Source of the DNA: Octopus vulgaris | Lineage: Eukaryota | Reading direction: 5' to 3' | Assembly (NCBI GenBank): GCA_951406725.2 | Contig: OX597825.1 | Span: forward strand, 85,250,001-85,314,000 | DNA: 64,000 nt | Position numbers and translations under genes: made by a program | The notes under the pieces: generated by a model | What the model was told of the DNA's origin: nothing | Seen by the model: only the letters and a program-made list of their open reading frames with translations | Databases searched by the model: none | Shown here: positions 1-13,954 of the stretch, piece after piece | Layout of the letters: each line of letters starts with the position of its first letter | Numbering within the stretch: position 1 is the stretch's first letter

Positions 1-571
1 AAGAAATCAACAGTCCGTTTCCGTGAATGAATTTGGACAATATGCCTCCACACTTAACATCATATTGCTGTTATAAAAGTGTATTTTTTTTTTGTTTCAT
101 TTCACGTATCATTACACTCGTTTGTTAGTGCTCTCAGAAAAAAATAGAATACTATAAATATATACACAAACACCTAGACATAGATAAAGTATATATATGC
201 CTGTGCACGTAGAAGGATTTATATTTATAAAGAGTTATACATCTGTATGTATCTTATATATATATATATATGTGTGTATATACATGTGTATGTATGTACA
301 TATCTTTATATAAATATATGTGTAAGTATTTATATGCATACATACATTTATGTTTATATATATAAGTACGTGTGTATAAATATATGAGTATAAGTATGAG
401 TGTATATTCATATAAGCATATGCATTTGTAAACATATATAGAGAATATATATGGTACACACACACATATATATATATTTACATATACATGTATATATATA
501 TATGTATATATATATACATGTATATACATATATATATTTACATATATATACATATATATAGACGTATACAT

Positions 572-625
<54 letters not shown>

Positions 626-890
626 ATGTATATATATGTATGTGTTTATGGTTTCGTATGCATGTACACACGCTTTTACTCATCATTAAGCCGAACAATT
701 GATGCGTTTTATGCATAAAACAATTTGTGTGCACATAAATTTAAAGATGTACACTTGTATATACATCCACTCCATTGGCTATAAACATACACACACACAC
801 ACGTATGCCACCATGCCCACGCCCCAGTGAACTGGATCACTGCTGACTGTAAAAACCATTCCGATATTCATCCATGTTTACCCTGGCATC

Positions 891-896
891 ACACTG

Positions 897-939
<43 letters not shown>

Positions 940-1111
940 TCTCCCTCTCTCTCTCTCTCTCTCTCTCTGTTTACTCTCCACTTTCTAACATACTGATTCC
1001 TCTCCTCTCCCTCCTCTTCTTACAACCATTATTTATGTTTATATACGCCTATATATATTCCATTGCCTCTTTTATCATATTTTCCCGCCCTGCACTCTCT
1101 CTCTCTTTACG

Positions 1112-1154
<43 letters not shown>

Positions 1155-1540
1155 GTCTCTACCTATCTATCTTCTTTACACTCAGTTTCTCTCTCTTATT
1201 CTTTTCATCTCTCACGCATTTCATCGTTCTCTTACTATTTTCTTCTCTCTCGCTCTCTCACACACATTTCGTCTCTCTCGTCCTCTCCAGCTCTCTTTTT
1301 CAATCCCAATGGTTTAATCCACCCCCACCCCACACCGTTTTCACTCCCATACTTTTATCTTTCTCTCGCTCAAACTCCCTTTCATTTTCCCTTTCTCATT
1401 CACATCTCATCTCTTTGCGTCTATCATTCGTATTCTCCTTCACTCTTTCTCTTTCTCTTTTTCTCCATCCCTCTGTCTACCTATCCCTCTATCTACCTAC
1501 CTGTCTGTCTGTCTGCCTATCTATCTATCTATCTATCTAT
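891..1540. repeat. (CT)n / pyrimidine-rich low-complexity tract ending in (ATCT)n
   Basis: Directly visible; explains ORFs 1035..1550 and 1063..1317. Confidence 0.9.
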
Positions 1541-1803
1541 CCGACGCTGACACACCTCGTCACACACAGCTTCTCGATATCTCCCCCATCTCCCTTTTCA
1601 TCAATGTCATTCCCACCTAGATCCAAATTCATCCTCATACTGCCTCCCCTTCATGTTTCCCCCTCTTCTACATACTCCCCCTTTTCTTCTGCCCCCTCAA
1701 ACACATTCCTTTCTGCCCCTTTCTATCTACTTTTACCCTTTATCTCGCTTTATCTTCTCTTCATTAGAGTCATCAGTACTTTTACATCGAAAAGGTAGAA
1801 ATA

Positions 1804-2021
1804 GACGCAGCCGTGGCTGTGTGGTATGAAGCTTGCTTCTCCACAACGTGATTCCGAGTTCAGTCCCACTGCATTGCACCTTGGACAAGTGTCTTCTACT
1901 ATAGCCTCGGAGTGACCAAAGGATTGCCGCTGGATTTTTTAGGCGGAACCTGAAAGAAGCCCGTCGTATACACCTGTGTGTGTGTGTATGTGTGTGTGTG
2001 TGTGTGTGCTTGTGTGTGTGT

Positions 2022-2060
<39 letters not shown>

Positions 2061-2235
2061 ATTGTGTATGTGCCTTCCCCACCACCGCTTGATAACCGGC
2101 GTTGGTGTGTTTACTTCTCCGATAAATTAAGCACCTGGTTTAAGAAAGCGTACTCGGATCGATTTCTTCGACTAAAACCCCATCGACAAGGTGCCCCAGC
2201 ATGGCCGCAGTCTAATGACTGAACCAAGCAAAAAA
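1804..2235 (+). mobile_element. tRNA-headed SINE family B (CORE-like), full length, with internal (TG)n
   Basis: A-box-like GTGGCTGTGTGG and B-box-like GAGTTCAGTCCC; CORE-like CACCTTGGACAAGTGTCTT; 3' end CCAGCATGGCCGCAGTCTAATGACTGAA. Matches copies at 13307 and 24317. Decayed flanking direct repeat CGAAAAGGTAGAAAT/CGAAAATGTAAACAT. Confidence 0.85.
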
Positions 2236-2747
2236 CATCAAGCGAAAATGTAAACATCAGAAATTCTTTTTGAAATCCTAAAGCGAAACTTGGAGAGAAT
2301 TTCGCTCCTAATTCTTCCCGCTTTGTCTAGACTTTCTATTGTTGTCTGTGATGATGGTGATGCGGATAATGACGTGATGAGGATATTGATGGTGATGAAG
2401 ATGATGATGGTGATGCGGATGATGATGAGGAGGATGGTGGTGTTGTTAAATTTTTGGCACCAGAGTTCTTGATTGATATGGCTTCTGTTGAAGGGGCCGC
2501 TGACAGTTTTGTGTTCTTGGTTAAATATGAAACACAAATGTATTTGTAAATCGATCGATTGATATTTCCCAATTGGTTTTGAGTTTTGACAAATTGCAAC
2601 GTAAATATATCAGAAGCAGCTTCGGTAGGTAAGACACACAGACAGATACATTTCCTCCACACATATACACACATATATACATTATACACTAGCATACACA
2701 CATATACACATACATACACACATTTATGCATAAATACATATATTTAC

Positions 2748-2795
<48 letters not shown>

Positions 2796-2959
2796 ACACA
2801 TACACACGCGCACATACAAACACACACACACACATACATTGAGAACAAAGCTGACCGCAATCTTTTCAACGGAATTCATCGGGAGAATTCATATTTCATG
2901 TAATTACTGGCTGGAATGAGCGTTGACACATTGGAACCAGCAGTATCCATATATACAAA

Positions 2960-3143
2960 CATACATAGATAGAAAGATAGATAGATAGATAGATAGATAC
3001 ATACATACATACATACATACATACATACATGGATAGATAGTTTCTTTATCAGCCACACAGGGCTGCACACAGACAGAACAAATTACAAGGTAGAGCTTTT
3101 CTTTTGGGGGTAAAAAAAAGCGGGTTGGTTTTCAGATAGATAT

Positions 3144-3178
<35 letters not shown>

Positions 3179-3211
3179 TATAGATAGATATATAGATAGA
3201 TAGATAGATAT

Positions 3212-3278
<67 letters not shown>

Positions 3279-3280
3279 TA
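2960..3280. repeat. (AGAT)n/(ACAT)n tetranucleotide microsatellites interrupted by a short unique segment
   Basis: Directly visible. Confidence 0.9.
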
Positions 3281-3318
3281 AAGGCACAAACACACGCCTA
3301 TATAAACATACACATTTG

Positions 3319-3620
3319 AAGGCGCGTGGCTCAGTGGTTCGGGTGTTACTTTCACGATCCAGCGATCGTCAGTCCTATTCCTGAACCGAGCAAGGCATTG
3401 TGTTCTTAAGCAAAACACTTCATTTCACGTTGCCCCAGTCCACACTGTTGGAAGTATGATCATTAGCCTTCTGATCATTAGCCTTCTGGTCGTTAGCCTT
3501 CTGATCAGGGCTAACGTAGGCCTGCTCGCATACCCAGCGGGAAGACCAGCTTGGAAAAGTGTTGCGCTTATGATCGTTAGATCTTTTCTTCGATTTCCAG
3601 TCGGCGAGCGCGCATCGTAT
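3319..3620 (+). mobile_element. tRNA-headed SINE family C (head + CORE-like domain) with a divergent tail
   Basis: GGCGCGTGGCTCAGTGGTTCGGG head; TGTGTTCTTAAGCAAAACACTTCATTTCACGTTGCCCCAGTCCAC shared with copies at 18024(-), 42864(+) and 60210(-). Contains three tandem TGATCATTAGCCTTC-like 15-mers at 3458-3507. Confidence 0.75.
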
Positions 3621-4111
3621 ACGGGTATTTCATTTGACATTACTTCATCTTCTCCACTGCAATTGAATACCAGCAGACTGCTACTACTGCAACTCTCACT
3701 CACTCACACTCTCTCTTTCTCTTTCCCCCCACCCTCTCTCTAAATAGTAATCTGAGAATCAAATCCCATATTTTGTCGGTGTGACGACTATATTAAATGG
3801 AAGATAAGCAGAACAGTGACAACTAAACTCTAATGAGGTACCAATGTTTGCGCTCAATTGTAAGAGAAACGTTTTAACGTTTCGGATTAGAGATCCTTTC
3901 TCGGATAGTGAAGCACTACGGGGCACGTGTAAAATCAAGAAAACCCATAAAGCAATATGGCGTTGTCAGCCCTTTATTATTTTCTTCTTTTCCAGTCGTG
4001 TTCTTTTATCACTTTCTCGTTTCCCCTATTCACTTTCTGCTGAAGTATGTTAAGAGCATCCCCAATTTTAAATTATGAGGTTTGTCTCATATTTATCGAA
4101 TGTTCTTAGTC

Positions 4112-4142
<31 letters not shown>

Positions 4143-4179
4143 ACGTGTGTGTGTGCGTGTGTGTGTGTACATGTGTTGT

Positions 4180-4480
4180 TTTAGCTTTTTAGAGACCACA
4201 CTAGAAATGAGATAATTGAAGAACGGATCAGAGTGAACGATGATCGCAGGATTTCGAAAGCACAAATTTGGCTTGGCCGGACATGTTGTAAGGGTCACAG
4301 GCGATATTTGGACCCGGAGTGGCGCCGTGTGGTATCCAAGAGCTCGGAAAGGGCCGCTTTGAAGGCTTTCACATCAATGGGAAGATGGTTTGGTTAATTT
4401 GCTTAAGTAATCAGGATCAAAATAGATAAGATTGGCGCAATCAAGCCAGAATTGGAAGCGCATTGTGATCAGCGGTGTAT
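4180..4480 (+). mobile_element. RTE-clade LINE, degenerate C-terminal ORF fragment
   Basis: Manual translation with a stop and frameshifts: DHTRNEIIEERIRVND...KFGLAGHVVRVTGDIWTRSGAVWYPRARKGPL*RLSHQWEDGL...IRLAQSSQNWKRIV. This matches the RTE C-terminal pattern (W)AGHV.R....W......WYPR..KR..GRP..RW.D...W...AQ.R..W. Confidence 0.8.
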
Positions 4481-5169
4481 AACAGTATTTTTACACCTGG
4501 TCTATATATTGATACTTTAATTTGCACATGCGCAGACATGCACACCCACATATAACCAGCAACTCCTGCTTTGAGATTAATTATATTACAATAATATTTG
4601 TTTGGCTTCAAACTCCACATGTGTGATTGTGTGTGTTTGTGTGTGTGTGTGTGCCTGTGTATGAGTATGTATGAGTATGTATGTGTGCGTGTCTTTGTGT
4701 GTATGTGTCTGTGTCTGTGTGTGTGCGTTGCTTCAAGCCAAACATATGTACTTATTAATCATCGTAGCAGGAGTTCACAGTAATTATTTGTTTCATAACA
4801 ATGCGCACAATATTGAAAAGCTTTTGTTCGATCTTAATACATGAAAACACGTATGTTAACATATGTGTTTGGCATAAAAGAAAAAAAGAATTGTGCTTTT
4901 GGTTGGTTATGTTGAAGTGGATGATTATATGAAATAGTAAACCTTTTAGTTTAGAAATAATATATTGGAGATATTAAATTTTATTTCAGATAAAACTCTA
5001 GTTACCATCTGCGGTTAATTTATACCATCGTTGCAAAAAAAATGAAAAAAAAACAGAAAAAAAAGAAAACGGAATGTGTATCAAACCTTTTGCAAAGGCA
5101 CAGAGAGATGAAAATTAAAAAATATTTTTCATCAGTTTATTTGAGATTAAAGTTGAAAAATCTGTGTCT

Positions 5170-5535
5170 TTTAAGATTATATCGTTAGGAATTAATGAAA
5201 TATGACAATTTTCGGAAGAGTTTATGCAAAGCAGGAGCAGCTAAAGAAATTCATGACATCGAGAAAGGGACTGCGATGTCTAAACTTAAAGAAAATTAGG
5301 AAAGCTGTTTAAATTATAAATATTAAACGAGAGAGAGAAGAAAGAAAAAGATTTCGGAATGCGAGAACGAAAACCATATCAGTGAAGAACGAGTACAGAG
5401 CAACCTCGTATGGAATGTTAGAGAAACAACCAGAAGATTTTGCGTCACGTAAATTTCTTCAATGACAAGTCAAGTCAAAGCTTACGTGAAATTTTATCAA
5501 AATGAAGTCAAGATTAACGATTTAGATACATGAAA
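5170..5535 (+). mobile_element. Possible ancient mariner transposase N-terminal remnant
   Basis: MKYDNFRKSLCKAGAAKEIHDIEKGT and EERVQSNLVWNVRETTRRFCV resemble the two mariner HTH regions. Highly decayed; no TIRs found. Confidence 0.4.
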
Positions 5536-5852
5536 AAATGCTTGAGGACACCCGAAGCGTTTTAATGTTTATGTGACACACAAAGAAACGTCTAAATATG
5601 AAGAAATATCTTGTCATGCTTTTGCAGAGAATATGTATGGCATATTTTACGCAACACATACTCTACGCAAAACGTATTCTACACAACATATTGGGCACAA
5701 CATATATTCTATACAGTACAGTTTCTATATGTATTCTACACAAACCGTATTCACACAATATATTCTATACAGTTTCGGGTCTTATGCTTCGAGTAGAGAA
5801 GTATATATTCTATATAGTTAATATTCTATATATTGTAATATTTCGTTTTTGG

Positions 5853-6079
5853 ATTTGGTTTGCAAGATTCTTTATATGAGTTCGTGTGTTGAAGCATATT
5901 CTGTCGTGTCTTGGGAGAGTCATTTTATTTTTGTGCCTTATAATGTAACACACTCACCGGTAAAATTTCCACTTTTTTCTTATTTTTATTTTCCTAAAAT
6001 GTTCGATGCGTCTTGCAACCTTTTCAATAATTTTGACTCTCAACACACGAACTCATATAAAGAATCTTGCAAACGAAAT
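5853..6079. repeat. 40-bp inverted repeat pair (39/40 match) around a 147-bp spacer; MITE-like
   Basis: 5853-5892 ATTTGGTTTGCAAGATTCTTTATATGAGTTCGTGTGTTGA is the reverse complement of 6040-6079 with one mismatch. Confidence 0.85.
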
Positions 6080-7107
6080 GTATGACATCATTCTCATAAT
6101 TTAGAATCCCCCAATATTTATGATTTATCAGAAATTGATAGATTCATATCGAGTGTTAACTTTAATTAGGGATGTATATGGTATTGATGTTTATTTTAAA
6201 AGAGATGTCACTGCCTGCCTTTGTGAAGCATTGTTTCTCTCGATTGCACAGGAGTGAGGTTTGCTGGCAGCAGCTTAAAGTGTCATCGTTTTGTTGATTT
6301 GAAACATTGAGCCAGAGATTCATTGCAAGATGGTGGTATCTGGGGAAATATAAAAAGAAAAAAAATAACAAACAATATAAATCTCTGTCGTGATTTCTAG
6401 ATTACTACATAACGCTATTAATTATGCTATTAAACGGAGGGATTAACTTTTGTTGATATGCGACAACTTAAAATACAAGAAAATGTATTGGATCAATAAA
6501 TTTGCAATGGGAAACCATTATCCTAATGATTGATTGATTATTAGAGTCGGTATTAGGATCCAGTTGAAAGTCACATAAAATATGCATGCAAATGTAAAGC
6601 AGAATGTGTAAAGATTTGCTTTGGGTTGTTTGCTTTGTAAAAATATATTTTTACATACATTTTTACATGCATTTTTATCATGAATTCTGATAAGAGAAAA
6701 TTTAATAACAAAACAAGCAGGTGTGTATAAAAATTGAGCCAGAATCATTGAATTCTAATTCTTTTTTTTTTTTTAAATCATAATGTTCGTAAAAGCTGTC
6801 CAGCGTGTTTTGTGGGAGAATTAATCTCGGATTGATCAAATAATACATATTGTATAGTCAAAAACCCTGTGGAAACATCGCGAAATATAGAAAGAAAAGC
6901 AAACACAGCACGTTGCAAACTGGTGCACTCTTTCACACATATACAATTCAGTTGATAATAAAGCATATATTTAAAATCACAGCTGCTCATGCGCACATGG
7001 GTATATGCAGAATATAGCTTAAATGTTGGGCATACGCTTTCTGGAGTCACAGATGGAATAAATTATGTGGGTGGCCAACAGTCTAACACATCTGCAAACA
7101 CATACAT

Positions 7108-7172
<65 letters not shown>

Positions 7173-7524
7173 GAACTAAATATATACGTTATATAATTTC
7201 CTATTTTCCGACTTCTAGTCATTGGATTGAGTTCATGCCGGGTGATTTCATTTCCTGGTAGGATCAATTATATCGACTCCACCGAGTTGCTTTATCCTTT
7301 CGAACTTTTCATCATCATCATCATCATAGTCGTCCTCTTCGTCGCTTTGACCGCCATCGTCGCCGCAGTTGTAGCCCTTTATCATCATCGTCATCATCAT
7401 CATCGTCATCATCATCATCGTCATCATCATCATCGTCATCATCATCATCGTCATCATCATCATCGTCATCATCATCATCGTCATCATCATCGTCGTCGTT
7501 GTTGTTGCTCGTGTTGTGGGGGTG

Positions 7525-7725
7525 GGGCAGGATCGTTAGAACTTCGGAGGAAAATGCTTTGCGTTATTTAAACTGGTTCTTACCGTTCCGATTTCAAATA
7601 CCAATAAATCTAATTTTGCCCTTTCATTCCCCCTGGGTCAGTAAAGTAATAACATATCAGCCAAGTACTCGGGTCGACCTTATCGACTAACTCCCCCTCC
7701 CCTCAAAATTGTAACTAAATCATTA
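7525..7725 (+). mobile_element. SINE family A, old degenerate copy
   Basis: GGCAGGATCGTTAG...TTTGCCCTTTCATTCCCCTGGGTC...GGGTCGACCTTATCGACTAA...CCCCTCCCCTCAAAATT resembles the family A copies at 15480 and 51091. Confidence 0.6.
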
Positions 7726-7895
7726 TCGCTGGTCCTGTTTTTGTTGTTATTCTTTCTTTACGCGACTGGTTTTGTACCCATTTTAACAATTCTTCCTATC
7801 CAACGACAATCCCATAGACGAGGAACATTTTATAATTTCTGTAATCATATTTTTTTCTGTAATTTTGTAATTTCTGTAGTAGCTTTATATATACA

Positions 7896-7942
<47 letters not shown>

Positions 7943-8225
7943 CCGGGATTAGCCGGTGCTACTCAAACGACGATGAATAGCTTTGCGTAAACCATGATCC
8001 GTTTTGTTCTCTTACTTTATTATCATCTTATAATCATCTCATAATAATGACTTTTATGACTCGTATTACTACCTCAGTCAATCTAAATGTATATATTTGT
8101 CGTTACCTGTCATAAATAGCCTTTTTTTACTTGCAATGTGCATTTTCGTTGATTTTTCATATTTTACTCTTACATTTCCACGTGGATTTTATTATATTTT
8201 ATATTTTCTTTTTATAACATATTTC

Positions 8226-8271
<46 letters not shown>

Positions 8272-8282
8272 GAATGTATATA

Positions 8283-8331
<49 letters not shown>

Positions 8332-8720
8332 GAATGTATATAATGTAATATATATATATATATAAACACATATGAATGCATATATGCATATACAACAACA
8401 TGCGTATGTTTGTGTGTGTGTGTGTGTGAGGATAAAATTATTTCAAAATGATATTTTTCATAATACACTTTACAGACGGTGAACCAGAACTGGAACATGG
8501 AAACTTCAAAAAGTGGTGGAATTTACTCTTGGAATTATTCAGTCCTATACATCACACATGACAATGGTTCCTAACACCGCATTTTTTGCGTTTTTGGTTT
8601 TTCTAAAATTCCATTTGTATTTCGTTTTCTCTAACATAACCGTTGTTTAAGACAGACAGACAGAAAGAAAGACAATTATATCTCGCATGACTTAACAGAA
8701 TAAGTTCATAAAGCGGCAGA

Positions 8721-8721
<1 letters not shown>

Positions 8722-8783
<62 letters not shown>

Positions 8784-8818
8784 CATCATCATTATTAATA
8801 TTATTATTATTATTAAAA

Positions 8819-8860
<42 letters not shown>

Positions 8861-8919
8861 CATCATCATCATTATTATTATTATTATTATTATCATCATT
8901 ATTATTATTATTATTATCA

Positions 8920-8950
<31 letters not shown>

Positions 8951-9002
8951 CATTATTATTATTACCATCATCATCATCATCATCATCATTATTATTATTA
9001 TT

Positions 9003-9038
<36 letters not shown>

Positions 9039-9106
9039 GTCATTATTATTATTATCATCATCATCATCATCATCATCATTATTATTATTATTATTATTAT
9101 TATTAA

Positions 9107-9173
<67 letters not shown>
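8722..9173. repeat. (ATT)n/(ATC)n trinucleotide microsatellite
   Basis: Directly visible. Confidence 0.95.
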
Positions 9174-9175
<2 letters not shown>

Positions 9176-9364
9176 GTTAATTGTTTCAGTTTTTGTATTT
9201 TTTCTGAGTTGAAGAATTCCAGAAAGGTTGTGTTACTAAAGAGAACATTATCATCTCAAATGATTCAATTTAACTTCAATTCTTATCGAAGAATCATTTT
9301 ATTCAAAGAAAGAATGAGAAATTCACATCAATCACACACATAAACATACACACACATGGGAACA

Positions 9365-9423
<59 letters not shown>

Positions 9424-9975
9424 TTGTGTATGTGTAGTTGTGTGCGTGGGTGTATTTCTGTTTCATTTGAGGTCAACAGGAAAATGAAATTGGCTCTTTC
9501 TGTCTCTCTCCCTCTCTTTCCCTCTATCTACTTATCTCTCTTTCTTTTTTATTCTCTCTCTCTCTCTCTCTATCACCCTCTCTCTCTCTCTTGCCCTCCC
9601 TGTGAAAGTGGCCATTCTCACCTTCCTCCTCTTCCTCCTCTCTCTCCTCCCCATCTGCTGCCTCAAATTCAACAACGCCAGCAATTACTGCGTTAGCAAC
9701 ATCCACAACAGCAATGATACTAGCAATAACAATAACATCAAGAATATCGCCGCCACCCCACCACCACCAATATGCAGAGCAACAATGATAACAAGAAGAA
9801 TAACGTCCAACAAGGAGAACAGAAAGAGAAAGAGGAAGAAATGTTGAAGGAAAACAATTCTCACCAGCCATTACGGGAGATTACGGTCTGAAGTGTCAGG
9901 TTTTATTATACACACACACACACACACATTCATACAGTCACCTACACAGACATATGCCCTTACACACAGACACAC

Positions 9976-10054
<79 letters not shown>

Positions 10055-10300
10055 TACATATATACCTATATAAAAAAAAATATATATATATATTATATAG
10101 ATATATAAATATATATATATATATATATACAGACATATATATACAGACATATATGTATATATATACATATATATACATGTTTGTCTGTATGTATGTATAT
10201 CTCTGAACATTACCTGGAATACTATTCTAACACCGGTTCGTGTCTCGAATTGTTCAAGTATAAATATATATAACTACATATACATACCTCGTTACACACA

Positions 10301-10365
<65 letters not shown>

Positions 10366-10495
10366 TACATACATACATATATACATATATTATATATAAA
10401 TATATATTTATATACACGTGCATATATATATATAATATATATATACGTGTGTATCTATTCATATATTCATATATAAGTATATATATATATATATG

Positions 10496-10551
<56 letters not shown>

Positions 10552-10669
10552 TAAATAATTGCATACTTACATGAGTCAGCGTGTATACTGGTAGACATGA
10601 AAGCACGTCTACACAAACCTAGACTCACTCCACGTATATACCCATCCATATATACACGAACACACACGT

Positions 10670-10700
<31 letters not shown>

Positions 10701-10904
10701 ACACTAAACGCAACCATTTCTTTTTTTTTCTTCTTTTTTGTTTCCGTATTCCCTCTTCAGTTCCCAATGTACTCCAAAGATTTGCTTCCAATAAATTTCT
10801 CCAGATTAGAAACAAAGAAATCAAGGAAAAAAAGAAAAACACTCTAAAATAATAACAAAATAACTTTCGAAGGATTCGTTTATTTATTTTCGATTCGGTT
10901 GTTT

Positions 10905-11326
10905 ATTATTGTTGTTGGGGTGGTGGTGATGGTGGTGGTGCTGTAATTGCTGCTGTTATTATTATTGTTGTTGTTGTTGTTATTACTATTATTTTCTTTA
11001 TTACTATTATTATTGTTATTTTTATTATTGTTATTATTATAATTGTTATTAAGATTGTTGTTTTCGTTATTATTATTATCATTATTATTACTATTCTTCT
11101 TCTTCTTCTTCTTCTTCTTCTTCTTCTTCTTCTTCTTCTTCTTCTTCTTCTTCTTCTACCTCTTCTTCTTCTTCTTCTTCTTCTTATTATTATTATTATT
11201 ATTGTTATTATTATTATTGCTATTATTTTTATCATTCTTCTTCTTTTTCATCTTATTCTTATTCTTCTCCTTCTTCTTCTTCTTCTTCTCCTCCTCCTTC
11301 TTCTTCTTCTTCTTCTTCTCCTTCTT

Positions 11327-11407
<81 letters not shown>

Positions 11408-11945
11408 GCTACATTTTATGCTGTTTGTAACCATCGTTTATGCTTTAATTTGTTTCGTTTTCGGATTTCATCTGTTATTATCAGTATCATCATCATCATC
11501 ATCATCATCGTCATCGTCATCGTCGTCGTCGTCGTCGTCTACATCGTTATTGATGTTCTTGGTCTTGTTGTTGTTGTGTCACTTACTTTATTGTTTCCCC
11601 AGTTGTTTATTGAGTTGCTTCAACGTTTTATATCATGTTTTCAATTTAACCTTCCGTTTCGCTTTTCTCTTTCTTCTCCCCCTTCATCATCACCACCATC
11701 ACCATCACCATCATCATCATCATCATCATCACCACAGGCGTCAGCATCATCACTATCCTTTTGGTCCGTCACCTGCCCCTCCACCTCCTCTTCCACATCC
11801 TGCCTCCTTCTCCTTATCATCATCATCATCAACAGCATCAGCACCACGATCGTCCACATTCTCAACCCTACCCGCTTCTTCTCTTCTTCTTCCCTTGTTC
11901 TTTACCTTCTTCCTCTCAGCTCCCCCTCCTCCTCCTTCTTCCCTC
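10905..11945. repeat. Compound trinucleotide tract (ATT, CTT, ATC, GTC, CAC)
   Basis: Directly visible; produces the 330-aa poly-L/F/S/H ORF. Confidence 0.9.
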
Positions 11946-12167
11946 TCGGGACCTCTGGAATCCAGGAGACCCTTGACAGTCAAGACTATGAATATTGACA
12001 CAGTTAGTCATGACACAGCCTGGACCACGCTATGAACTTATGGCCTTCACTTATTGGGATGTTAAAGTGTGGCTTTTAAGAGTATTTAGCTTTTGTTTCT
12101 AGCAATCAGACCACTTGTGTATAGGTCAACACGTTTGATCGAATAATGGAGATACACACACACACGA

Positions 12168-12229
<62 letters not shown>

Positions 12230-12774
12230 AACAATTAATAAAAGTACGGTGTCAGGTACACCAACATTTTTCTTTTAATTTTACAGTTGGTCACATGGTA
12301 TAATTATTTAGTCTGACAGACCGACACGTGTTTCTACTACACAGAATATGTGTAGTTGCCCATACAACCCAGCATAATCATCTGTGCAGTTTCATTCAGG
12401 GTCCTCCTGCAATACACTGTATCAAAACAGGATCTACAATTAGTTTCATGCTAAGAAGACACGTGGTTAGGCACATTAACTGATATTTGTCTCTGCCCGG
12501 ATGGAATCCCTTTTTTGTTGAACCTACCTCAACGGAACAGCAAATATATAAATACGATACAGATTTGACTGACACTCCAATCCTTTATTTCAGAATGTAC
12601 ATTGTTTATCTTGGACTACGTTATCTCAAGTTTCAATCTTGTCATCTGCCTAAAATATGACAGTTATTTCTAGCACTGCTTAGATGCCGGGTTATTATGC
12701 CAGAAACGTGGAGCGATTTGCTTAAAGATTACATATGAAGATTTCTGACAATGGATGCTGAAGATGGTAATTTT

Positions 12775-12955
<181 letters not shown>

Positions 12956-13306
12956 TTGGTGATAGTGATGATGACAATGGTGGGGATATGGAGTGGTGGG
13001 GGAGATGGTGTGAGAAACAGGAAAACAATGACAGCGGTAGAAAGTGGGATGGAGATAGTGATGAGAATTGCTTTTGAGAGAAAGCCTAAAAGTAACATTG
13101 CGTACAGTCTTTTGTTTAAGGAAATATTGCGAAATGGATTTGTATATGTATAGGCTTGTGTTTGAGTGTGAGTATGTGTGCGTCTGTGTGCGGGCATATG
13201 CGTGTACACGTGTGTGTGTATTTGTGTATGTACCCCATATACGTGTATGTATGCATATATATGTGTGTGTATGTGTGTGTGTCTGTGTGTATAATATATA
13301 TACATA

Positions 13307-13735
13307 TAGGCGTAGGAATGATGTGTAGTAAGTAGCTATAGGCGTTGGAGTCGCTGTTTGGTAAGTAGCTTGCTTACCAACCACATGGTTCAGGTTTCAA
13401 TCCCACTGAGTGGCACCTTGGACAAGTGTCTTCTACTATAGTTTCGGACCGACCAAAGCCATGTGAGTGGATTTGGTAGACGGAAACTGAGAGAAGCTCG
13501 TCGTGTATATGTATATATAGAAATATGTGTGTCTGTGTTTGTCCCCCCAACATCACTTGACAACGGATGTTGGTGTGCTTACGTCCTCGTAACTTAGCGG
13601 TTCAGCAAAAGACCCCGCTAGAATAAGTACAAGGCTTACAAAGGATATGTCCTGGGGTCGATTTGCTCGACTAAAAGGCGGTACTCCAGCATGGCCACAG
13701 TCAAATGACGGAAACAAGTAAAAGAGTAAAAGAGT
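13307..13735 (+). mobile_element. SINE family B, full length, with a duplicated first ~32 bp of the head
   Basis: ATAGGCGTAGGAATGATGTGTAGTAAGTAGCT is followed by ATAGGCGTTGGAGTCGCTGTTTGGTAAGTAGCT; CORE-like domain; 3' end ATGGCCACAGTCAAATGACGGAAACAAGTAAAAGAGTAAAAGAG. Confidence 0.9.
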
Positions 13736-13780
13736 ATATATTATGTATATGCGTGTAATACATAAATGCATACACACACA

Positions 13781-13954
<174 letters not shown>

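Noticed and set aside
235-734. YI/CV/HT-rich ORFs here and throughout the window
   Set aside because: Artefacts of (TA)n, (TG)n and (CA)n microsatellites.
9524-9871. Overlapping ORFs with TM-like or acidic stretches
   Set aside because: Derived from degenerate CAA/CCT/CT repeats; no convincing splice context.
11043-12035. 330-aa ORF, the longest in the track
   Set aside because: Translation of compound trinucleotide repeats (poly-L/F/S/H); no domain.
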